This document shows, in pieces, positions 1 to 7,476 of a DNA stretch of 34,476 bases. A program made the position numbers and the translations under genes. The notes under the pieces were generated by a model. The model had not been told where the DNA came from and made no database searches. It worked only from the letters and a program-made list of their open reading frames with translations. The stretch is from Methanothrix sp. GTDB taxonomy: Archaea; Halobacteriota; Methanosarcinia; Methanotrichales; Methanotrichaceae. Within the stretch, counting starts at the first letter, position 1. Each line of letters begins with the position of its first letter. The stretch spans positions 1 to 34,476 of the forward strand of contig JBFYLF010000001.1 in the NCBI GenBank assembly GCA_041305505.1. The letters are read 5' to 3'.

Positions 1-495
1 TGTAAAGGCTATGCTGATTCCAAAGGAGTCTAGATAATGGCCGACCAGCCCCATCCTGCCAAAGGCCACAAGGAGGGCGATCCCGGCTACGGCCGGCGGC
101 ATGATGACCGGCAGATCGATCAGGGAATCGGCGATCTCCTTTCCGAAATAGTTGAACCGAGCACTGACGTAGGCTATGGGCGTTCCCATTATCACAACGG
201 CAATTGTGGTTATGCTCGATGTCATGAGACTGAGCCTCAGAGCATCCATGACCAAAGGACCATGCAAAGCCGCAAGTATGCTCTCGATCGGGCTTCTCAA
301 AAAGAGAGCTACCACAGGCAGAGCAATGAAAGCCATTGCAGTAGCCAGCAAGAGGCCGAGGCCTGCACGAAGCGCAAATCCTCTGATCCGGGAAGGTATA
401 AAGACGGATTTGTGCAGGCTCTTCTGCTCCGAGCGGACGATCTCTGATAGATCTCCTCTCTCAAAGCTGTTCACATCGGACTGATTGGAGTTCAT
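1..495 (-). CDS. modB: Molybdate/tungstate ABC transporter permease, truncated at the window edge
   Basis: Manual minus-strand translation from ATG 495 (not in the ORF track): ...ALRLSLMTSSITTIAVVIMGTPIAY...LIDLPVIMPPAVAGIALLVAFGRMG, typical of ModB; lies downstream of modA. Confidence 0.92.
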   Translation of the reverse strand, partial: MNSNQSDVNSFERGDLSEIVRSEQKSLHKSVFIPSRIRGFALRAGLGLLLATAMAFIALPVVALFLRSPIESILAALHGPLVMDALRLSLMTSSITTIAVVIMGTPIAYVSARFNYFGKEIADSLIDLPVIMPPAVAGIALLVAFGRMGLVGHYLDSFGISIAFT

Positions 496-686
496 CGACC
501 TCTCTGCCTCATTTCTCGCCCCAGCATTCTCCCAAGTCCCGAGCCAAATCCTAAACCACGAAAGACCGGGGTATCAGGGCTCTCACCTTTTCCGTCCAAA
601 AAGATAGAGCTTCCGGTCGCGCCAGTCCCGCTGCTGCCAGACTCACCCGTCTGCTCCACATAGTTTTTCTTTGGCGCATCTATCAC
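492..686 (-). CDS. Small Gly/Ser-rich hypothetical protein between modA and modB
   Basis: 64 aa ORF with a GTG start and GGAGG upstream; its TGA overlaps the modB ATG (ATGA). Confidence 0.4.
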   Translation of the reverse strand: MIDAPKKNYVEQTGESGSSGTGATGSSIFLDGKGESPDTPVFRGLGFGSGLGRMLGREMRQRGR

Positions 687-709
687 ATATCAGTCCCGAC
701 TTCCTCCCC

Positions 710-1498
710 TCAGGCTGAAGAAAAGCCGTGCCTCTCCAGAACCTCCCTGCCCTCATCTGATAAAACCAGATCGAGGAACTCCCGGGCCTGCTCGGGATAC
801 ATCGATCCCTGCGCTATCGCTATGGGGTACTCGCCGATGACATTGTACTCATCCTGTATAACGATCTTTTCCACCTTTCCGGCCAGATCTTCAGTTATGT
901 CGGAGACATAGGCAAATCCAACATCCGCCTCACCGAGAGCCACCTTGGTCACAACATAGTTGACATTTGTCTCCTCCGAGATGACATTCGCCAGCACCTT
1001 CTCATTGTAGTCCGGGCCATAGGATGAATCATTGGCGAGATTGCCTATGATCTGCATGGCATAGTCTCCTACCGGCACATCCTTGGTTCCCATGACGATC
1101 TTGACTCCAGGACGGGCCAGATCGCTCAGGTTATTGATCTGGGCAGGATTGTCCTTGGGGATTATGAGAGCTATCTTGTTCCTGGCAAAGATGATCATGC
1201 TGCTGTTGTTTATCAGTTCAGCGTCCAATAAAGCATTCATCTGCTTCTTGTTAGCCGAGGCAAAGACATCTGCATATGCCCCATTCTCTATCTGGGTCCG
1301 AAGTGCTTGAGAGCCGTCGAAGTTGAAGGCTACCTGCATGCCGGTCTCATCCTCAAATATCTCACCGATCTCGCCAAAAGCGCCTGTCAGAGATGCAGCC
1401 GCGTAGACCGTCAGCTCCTCTGGATCTTCAGACGATGCGGGAAAGGCGACTGCTATCAGGACAGCCGCCATCACCATAAATACATGTCTCTTGATCAT
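710..1498 (-). CDS. modA: Molybdate ABC transporter substrate-binding protein
   Basis: Signal peptide; motifs VYAAASLT, FDGSQALRTQIENGAYADVFASAN, VPVGDYA and GEADVGFAYVSD. Confidence 0.95.
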   Translation of the reverse strand: MIKRHVFMVMAAVLIAVAFPASSEDPEELTVYAAASLTGAFGEIGEIFEDETGMQVAFNFDGSQALRTQIENGAYADVFASANKKQMNALLDAELINNSSMIIFARNKIALIIPKDNPAQINNLSDLARPGVKIVMGTKDVPVGDYAMQIIGNLANDSSYGPDYNEKVLANVISEETNVNYVVTKVALGEADVGFAYVSDITEDLAGKVEKIVIQDEYNVIGEYPIAIAQGSMYPEQAREFLDLVLSDEGREVLERHGFSSA

Positions 1499-1590
1499 GC
1501 TTTTATTCCACCTGAAGTCTCATTATTGCTTTGCTTATCATACATCTGATTTTTATTAATTTTATGCCTATGTAAGCGTTATTGTTTTCT

Positions 1591-1628
1591 TTTATCAATT
1601 ATGCAATCGTTTTTGCAAAATTGATAAA
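1591..1628. promoter_or_regulatory. 16-bp inverted repeat upstream of modA (candidate operator)
   Basis: TTTATCAATTATGCAA-tcgttt-TTGCAAAATTGATAAA; arms match at 15/16; lies in the AT-rich region 5' of modA. Confidence 0.5.
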
Positions 1629-1789
1629 TCTTGCGCCTGAATGCCCATTCCCGAGCAACAGCCTTCAAGGCCAAACCGAGGGAGAGCGGAAAAGTAAATC
1701 AAGCAGGTCAACTGCCAGTAACAGCAAAAATCTCCTGGATCTGTAGCTTCCGGGTCCAGGGCATGAATCATAGCCTATCCGGGCGCTGA

Positions 1790-3361
1790 CTATGCCGAAA
1801 TAGGCCTATAATTCATACCTCTTCCCCTCCTCCACCGCCAGGACGTTCTCGAATCTCTCATTAAACCAGTCCTCTGCCTCGGTATGCAGTCCTCTGCCTC
1901 GGTATGAACCGGCACGATACAGTCGGGGTCTATTCTCTCGATTGCCCAGGCTATGTCCTCGCCTGATGCATGCCCGGAGGCATGATAACGCCTCTCGAAT
2001 GTGAGAGCCCCCCTCCCGTCAAAAGAAAAGCCGCAGGAGTTGATGCCGAAGCGGCGCAGCCACTGCCAGAGCCGCAAAAAGTCGATCTCCATCTCCTCGC
2101 TAAAAGCCTCGCAAGCCGAATAGATGTACGTTCCGCCCTCCGGCTTTATGTCCAGAAGATGCAACATGTCGAAGAATGAGAAGCATAGGATGTAATCCTC
2201 GGGCCGCTCCCGGATGGAGGTGTGATCCACATATCGATTCCCGTAACGGGGCATAACAACCTCCTGCTCCCACTTCCTCCTCGATCTGTCTTTGATCTCG
2301 TCGTAAATCCCGAGCCCCTCAGGAGAGCATGATCCGCCGATGCTCCCCAGGCTATGAAGCATATAGATATCCTTGGCCATTGTCACAAGCTCTCTCCCGC
2401 TCTTCCTTGCGATCTCCTGGAAGGACTCCAGCCGCTCGAAGTTCCTTGCAGAAAAGTCCGCTATGACAAGGCCTGAAGAGTTCTCAACGCTCTCCCGGCA
2501 TGCCTCGAAGACCGACCTCTCGGATGTCTTCTCCTCGACATCCGGCCCGGCCCTCGTCCCTTCGGTTATCAGCACCGAGGCATCCCTGGCCTGGCGGACG
2601 AACTCGCGGGTTGATTGTTCATTCTTGCCATGCAGCCGGAAGTCGCCTGTGTAGGCAACGACGCTTTCGCCCCGCAGGATGTAAGCAGTGGCCCCGAAGA
2701 TTGAGTGGTCAACAGGATGAGCAGAGATCTCGAATGGAAGAGCGGCGCTATCAAAGCAGCAGCACCTTCCAGGGTCAATCTTTTTAGCTCTCTTGCCGTC
2801 CTGTCCGGGCTTTTTGGATAAGAAGGATGCAAGAGCCTCAGAAGGCTCCTTTGTGCAGCAGAAGTCTCTGCCCTGATAGTTCATGCCGGCTATTGATGAG
2901 AGATAGAGGCCCTCTTCGTCGGAAGGCTGGCGGGGAGAAAAGTAGGCAGTGTCAGTCTCCAGAGATGAGACGCCCGTATCCTGCATACCCTTCATGATGA
3001 CTATGCTCTCGGGAGAGGCCACGAGGGGAATCTCCCTCCGGAGCATACCGATGTTTCCGCAGTGGTCGAGGTGTGCGTGGCTGAGGAGGACGGCTGATAC
3101 ATTGAGGGATGGCAGGCCGGCGACTGAGAGGTCCGAAGGTATGAGGTCTGGCCTGTAGATGTTGAGCTTTGGAAGGAGGTCAAGATACATCAGATCATGA
3201 ATGCCGCGAGTGTCTCTGTTCTTTAGAAACTCCTCGTAGAAGACTCCATACTTTCCGAAGTTCTTCCCAAAATCCAGGAAGACGCCCCTTCCATCCTCCT
3301 CAAGATAGATCTTGTTGCCGCCGATGCCGTGAGCGCCGTCGTAGACTGTGAGCGATACCAT
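1790..3361 (-). CDS. Metallo-beta-lactamase/beta-CASP (RNase J-like) hydrolase with a frameshifted extreme C-terminus
   Basis: Motifs GIGGN, LDFG, SHAHLDH, VDHS, YTGDFR, EGT, YHASGHA and PVH. ATG 3361 is preceded by GGAGGTG. Confidence 0.85.
   Translation of the reverse strand: MVSLTVYDGAHGIGGNKIYLEEDGRGVFLDFGKNFGKYGVFYEEFLKNRDTRGIHDLMYLDLLPKLNIYRPDLIPSDLSVAGLPSLNVSAVLLSHAHLDHCGNIGMLRREIPLVASPESIVIMKGMQDTGVSSLETDTAYFSPRQPSDEEGLYLSSIAGMNYQGRDFCCTKEPSEALASFLSKKPGQDGKRAKKIDPGRCCCFDSAALPFEISAHPVDHSIFGATAYILRGESVVAYTGDFRLHGKNEQSTREFVRQARDASVLITEGTRAGPDVEEKTSERSVFEACRESVENSSGLVIADFSARNFERLESFQEIARKSGRELVTMAKDIYMLHSLGSIGGSCSPEGLGIYDEIKDRSRRKWEQEVVMPRYGNRYVDHTSIRERPEDYILCFSFFDMLHLLDIKPEGGTYIYSACEAFSEEMEIDFLRLWQWLRRFGINSCGFSFDGRGALTFERRYHASGHASGEDIAWAIERIDPDCIVPVHTEAEDCIPRQRTGLMRDSRTSWRWRRGRGMNYRPISA
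1867..1906. repeat. Perfect 20-bp tandem duplication inside the beta-CASP gene
   Basis: CAGTCCTCTGCCTCGGTATG at 1867-1886 and again at 1887-1906. Confidence 0.95.
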
Positions 3362-3481
3362 TGGCACCTCCCTCCTGCCGCCATTGAAATAGCCCGATAC
3401 AGGCCGATATGTGATATAAGCCTCTCGATTAAATAATCTTATTTAGGAAAGAGGCCAATAGTCTGCTTCAGGTGTTTTGGC

Positions 3482-4627
3482 ATGAAGCTGGCTCGAATTG
3501 CGTTGTTGCTGGGATTGCTACTGATCCTTTCAGGTTGCATAGAGAAAGAGGAAGCTCCGGAGATTGTGGAGAAGGCGGCCACTGAGGAGTGGAAGGCCGA
3601 TGGGGTTGTTGGCGAGGACGAGTACTCCAGAAGCATGCACCTCCAGAGTCCTGCCAGGCAGGGCTACTCTGGAGGAGATCTGGAGGTCTCCTGGAAGAGC
3701 GATGAAGAGTATATCTACATGGCTTTAAACGGCAGCACTGAAGGCTGGCTTTCAATAGGCTTTGAGCCGCTTGAGTGGATGAAGAACGCTGATATGATCC
3801 TTGGATCTGTGAGCGGCAGCCAGGCGACTGTTCTCGACGAGTACTGCACGGGCAACTACGGCCCGCATATCGAGGATACTGCCCTCGGCGGCAGAGACGA
3901 TATCGAAGAGTCTGCAGGTAGAATTGGCTCCGGTCGCACTGTTATTGAGCTTAAGAGAAAGCTTGATACCGGTGACAGATTTGACAAGCCCCTCATGCCA
4001 GGCCAGACGGTCTCGATAATCTGGGCGCTCTCCGACGGTCCTGACGCCAGCCTCAAGCACAATGTGGCCTATGGCGAGGGAATACTGGCTCTGACAAGCG
4101 GCCAGGCAAAGAGAGCCGCTGCCGAAGCTTCAGCCCTCAGCGCTCGTGAGAGCGACGGCCTTTCATTCATCTGGGAGGAGGAGAAGGCCGCACGCGACCT
4201 TTACACATCTCTTTACGAGGCAAATAATCTCTCCATATTCCAGAATCTGATGAGATCTGAGCAGAGCCATATGGACATGGCAAAGGGCGTAATGGACAGA
4301 TACAGCCTGTCAGTTCCGGAAGATGACGCGCCCGGTGTGTTTGAGAATCAGACGCTTCAGAAGGTTCATGATGATCTGCTGAGAAAGGGGCTGGGGTCAG
4401 ACGAGGATGCGCTCTTGGTTGCAGCGGAATTTGAGGAGATCAGCATAATTGATCTCGAAGCAGAGCTGGCAGCGGCTGAGAATGAGGACATCCGGGTCGT
4501 CTACCAGGGTCTTCTGGCTGGCTCTCAAAAGCATCTGCGCTCATATGTCGCAGACTTGAAGAGTCTCGGGATTATGTATTCGCCCAGGCATATTGAAGAG
4601 GCCAGGTACAGAGATATTGTTGAGTAG
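3482..4627 (+). CDS. Lipoprotein with a DOMON domain fused to a DUF2202-type ferritin-like domain
   Basis: Lipobox LSGC; DOMON motif GWLSIGF...MKNADMILG...RTVIELKRKLDTGD; C-terminal EEEKAARDLY, SEQSHM, EEISIIDL and GSQKHLRSY. Confidence 0.8.
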   Translation: MKLARIALLLGLLLILSGCIEKEEAPEIVEKAATEEWKADGVVGEDEYSRSMHLQSPARQGYSGGDLEVSWKSDEEYIYMALNGSTEGWLSIGFEPLEWMKNADMILGSVSGSQATVLDEYCTGNYGPHIEDTALGGRDDIEESAGRIGSGRTVIELKRKLDTGDRFDKPLMPGQTVSIIWALSDGPDASLKHNVAYGEGILALTSGQAKRAAAEASALSARESDGLSFIWEEEKAARDLYTSLYEANNLSIFQNLMRSEQSHMDMAKGVMDRYSLSVPEDDAPGVFENQTLQKVHDDLLRKGLGSDEDALLVAAEFEEISIIDLEAELAAAENEDIRVVYQGLLAGSQKHLRSYVADLKSLGIMYSPRHIEEARYRDIVE

Positions 4628-4662
4628 CTATCTGGTGGAAGGGCAGCGGGGACTTCGGAGTG

Positions 4663-4688
4663 CACCCTGCAAAAATTCCTGCAGGGTG
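4663..4688. terminator. 9-bp stem hairpin between the lipoprotein gene and iscU
   Basis: CACCCTGCA-aaaattcc-TGCAGGGTG; could be a terminator or an operator. Confidence 0.35.
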
Positions 4689-4760
4689 TTATTACATGCA
4701 TTTAAAAGAACTGAGGTTATGATATGGACCGGGATATAGCTCATTTAGGATGAGAGAAAG

Positions 4761-5207
4761 GTGAACAGAATGGCACAGATTGGTTACTCAAAGAAGGTCA
4801 TGGAGCACTTCATGAATCCGAGGAACGTCGGGGTGATTGAAAACCCGGACGGATACGGCAAGGTTGGAAACCCCGTCTGCGGAGATCTCATGGAGATATT
4901 CATCAATGTCAAAGAGGATAAGGTCGAGGACATCAAGTTTCGCACATTCGGCTGCGGCTCGGCAATAGCAGTCTCAAGCATGGTGACTGAGATGGCCAAG
5001 GGAAAGCCGCTGGATGAGGCGGTGAAGATCACAAAGAAAGATGTGGCGGATGAGCTTGGAGGGCTGCCGCCCCAGAAGATGCACTGCTCCAACCTCGGTG
5101 CGGATGCTCTTCATGCTGCCATCAATGATTACTGGGTCAAAATAGGCAAGATCAAGCCGGAGGATGTCAAGCCCGAGGAGCATGAGGGAGAGGAAGGGGA
5201 GAGCTAG
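4761..5207 (+). CDS. iscU: Fe-S cluster scaffold IscU/NifU-N
   Basis: YSKKVMEHFMNPRNVG, GNPVCGD, FGCGSAIA and LPPQKMHCS; start may be ATG 4770. Confidence 0.95.
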   Translation: MNRMAQIGYSKKVMEHFMNPRNVGVIENPDGYGKVGNPVCGDLMEIFINVKEDKVEDIKFRTFGCGSAIAVSSMVTEMAKGKPLDEAVKITKKDVADELGGLPPQKMHCSNLGADALHAAINDYWVKIGKIKPEDVKPEEHEGEEGES

Positions 5208-5297
5208 AGGGACTTGATCGGCAAGATGCGACCCACACCCACCAGGATGTGGGATACAGTTTAATTAGAATAAAGATCCATGATCAATGGAAGATAT

Positions 5298-5450
5298 ATG
5301 CAAACCTTTACTGCCATCATCCACAGAGAAGAGGACATCTTTGTTGCCGAATGTCCAGAGGTAGGAACTGTGAGCCAGGGGGCGACTATCGAAGAAGCGA
5401 CAGAAAACCTCAGAGAGGATACGCAGCTTTATCTCGAAGAGTTCCCTCTT
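5298..5450 (+). pseudogene. hicB: HicB-family antitoxin, 3'-truncated; reads on to 5657
   Basis: MQTFTAIIHREEDIFVAECPEVGTVSQGATIEEATENLRE...LYLEEFP is the HicB/UPF0150 pattern; no stop at the expected position. Confidence 0.75.
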
Positions 5451-5651
5451 GAACTCTCTGAAACCTACAAAGGTATTGAGACGATCCATTTCCGTCTCTT
5501 CCAGGCACATTTCGATGATTTCTCTTATATTCTCCATGGCCTCATCGATGCTCTCGCCCCAGGAATGACAGCCCTTGAAGAGCGGGCAGCTAACTATGTA
5601 GAGGCCGTCTTCATCGATTTCGATGAGAATTGGCAGATGCAGCTTTTCCAT
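5445..5651 (-). pseudogene. hicB: Second HicB-family antitoxin, convergent and 3'-truncated; reads on to 5265
   Basis: MEKLHLPILIEIDEDGLYIVSCPLFKGCHSWGESIDEAMENIREIIEMCLEE. Confidence 0.75.
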
Positions 5652-5696
5652 GATTGAAAACCTACCGATTAATTGTTGCGGGCTTCGCATTTATAG

Positions 5697-5815
5697 GCCA
5701 TGCCCATGCAGAAGATTGTGGCCGTGGACATGCCCGAAGCCGGGCCCTGGCCGGGGGCCAGACCACCCTTGGCGAGCTGAAGACCACCCTGCAGGACGAC
5801 TTTGGTAACGCATGA
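5697..5815 (+). pseudogene. Fragment of a DNA methyltransferase (type III Mod-like) N-terminus, copy 1
   Basis: AMPMQKIVAVDMP...GQTTLGELKTTLQDDFGN with a frameshift; nucleotide-similar to 6895-6940. Confidence 0.5.
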
Positions 5816-5888
5816 GCTGATTCCTTTAGCATCATCCTCAATCGAAAGTTTATTTAGCTGCATCTTGCAATCAGGGCAATAGAGGCTT

Positions 5889-6515
5889 ATGCTGCATATT
5901 TTTATCGATGAAGCTGGAGTTCCAGGCATAACTCAGAACTTTATTATTGGCTTTTCATTCTTTCCAAATAAAAATTATAAATTGTGTGTAGATAATATTA
6001 AGTCTAAAATAAAGAAGCTGAAGGGAAAAGAACCCAAGGAGCTGCATTTCCATGATATGAGTCCAGAGATCAAGATAGAGTTCTTAACCGGCTTGGCCGA
6101 ATTGAATGGAAGGTTTGGCTACATTCATGTTCGGAAGGGAAAGATAGAAAGCGAATTCCAGAGCCACCCCAATAACAATTTAATATATAATTTAATGTTA
6201 TTTTATTTAATAGAAAATCTGGTCAAGAGTGGTTATTGCACGGAGCATATCACTGTCTATGTGGATCAGAGATCAACGAATAGGGCAATAAAGCGCGATC
6301 TGGCCAGATATCTTCCTTCGAAGGTCAATCCATTGCTCAATGAGAGAAGGCTTTATGTGAAATGGGAAAGGTCGCATAACAGCAGAGGCATACAATGTGC
6401 GGACTGTATTTGTGGAAGCGTTTACAGGAGATTTGAGAAGAACGATAGCAGGTATTACGACATAATCAAGCCCAATTTGATCATCGCCAGGGACTATCTC
6501 TTCGGAAAAGAATAA
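5889..6515 (+). CDS. DUF3800 family protein (RNase H-like fold)
   Basis: N-terminal HIFIDEAG, KELHF, central VYVDQR, C-terminal SHNSRGIQCADCICG (QxAD); AT-rich relative to its flanks. Confidence 0.85.
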   Translation: MLHIFIDEAGVPGITQNFIIGFSFFPNKNYKLCVDNIKSKIKKLKGKEPKELHFHDMSPEIKIEFLTGLAELNGRFGYIHVRKGKIESEFQSHPNNNLIYNLMLFYLIENLVKSGYCTEHITVYVDQRSTNRAIKRDLARYLPSKVNPLLNERRLYVKWERSHNSRGIQCADCICGSVYRRFEKNDSRYYDIIKPNLIIARDYLFGKE

Positions 6516-6516
6516 A

Positions 6517-6573
6517 GATCACTCCCACCGGTCATCTATGCGCAAAGCGCACATCCCAATGGGTAACTGATTA
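6517..6573 (-). ncRNA. Candidate structured RNA convergent with the DUF3800 gene
   Basis: On the minus strand, CCCAUUGG/CCGGUGGG and UGUGCGC-UUU-GCGCAUA pair fully with G-U wobble and are closed by AUCA/UGAU. A TATA-like element lies about 20-25 nt upstream. Confidence 0.6.
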
Positions 6574-6589
6574 GATAACTGGCACTTCA

Positions 6590-6607
6590 GACATATATGC
6601 TTTTCCT
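6590..6607 (-). promoter_or_regulatory. BRE/TATA-like promoter for the candidate RNA
   Basis: Minus strand reads AGGAAAAGCATATATGT: a purine run followed by a TATA-like box. Confidence 0.45.
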
Positions 6608-6768
6608 ACTAAGACATTTTCACGTGCAAAAGCCTTTTCCGTTCTGCCGCCCCAAAAAGCCGCCATCAGGAGGATAATAATTGATGCCCCGTCTCAAGTT
6701 CCAAAAGCTCTCTGTGCAGTTCTTTTCATCTTCCATAATCGCCCATCCCTGCCCGGAGGCCCCCTCCC

Positions 6769-6957
6769 GTGCCTGATGCCGTCCGCTGGGGCCCGGACAA
6801 TCCACATCCGCTCTTTGGAAGGAAGACCGAGCAGGTCTGGGACGGCAAATACGATGAATATGGCAACCGTCGCCCCGTGGACATCGCCATCTCCGCCATG
6901 CCCATGCTGAAGAATTGAGACAGTGGACGTGCCCAGGAGCGAGCCAGCAACAAGCGG
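6769..6957 (+). pseudogene. Fragment of a DNA methyltransferase (type III Mod-like) N-terminus, copy 2
   Basis: GGAGG then GTG 6769: VPDAVRWGPDNPHPLFGRKTEQVWDGKYDEYGNRRPVDIAISAMPMLK, then a +1 shift to IETVDVPRS. Family recalled from N-termini of site-specific MTases. Confidence 0.55.
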
Positions 6958-7101
6958 ATGAATTTTTATCTGCACATTCCTATTTTGACTTTATCTAACA
7001 AGCTTTTCGTATGAGCGGTGGCTTGAACGCCCAAATCAGCAATTTTACCGACCCGGAAGATTTATCGCAAATCAGCTCTTATTGCCTAGACCGAGGAAGA
7101 G

Positions 7102-7476
7102 ATGAACAACAACTTCAGCGAGCGAGCTAACTTCTTTTGGTCGATTGCGGATCTGATCCGGAATGATTTCAAGCTCTGCAAGTATCCGGATGTCATCTCG
7201 AATATCGAAATAGGTTACATATTTGAAGAAATTATTTGCAGATTCAATGAAGCCCCGAATGAGAATCCCAGAGAGCACTTCACTCATCGAGAGGTCATTT
7301 GCCCGAGGGTCAATCTCCTGCTCTCTTATGACACCAAGGCCCTGAGCAAAAATTATATCGTGCGCACAATCTATGATCCCTTTTGCGATTCGGGTGGAAT
7401 GCTGACCATCTCCACCGGAAGAGATCGAGAAAGAGATAATGACCCACGAGAGCGAAATATCGGAGATGTCGGATGA
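7102..7476 (+). pseudogene. hsdM: Type I R-M methyltransferase remnant with two large internal deletions
   Basis: N-terminus ANFFWSIADLIRNDFK..Y.DVI; middle GYIFEEII.RFNE..NENPREHFT.REVI and IYDPFCDSGGML (degenerate motif I); C-terminus PEEIEKEIMTHESEISEM in another frame. Confidence 0.85.
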
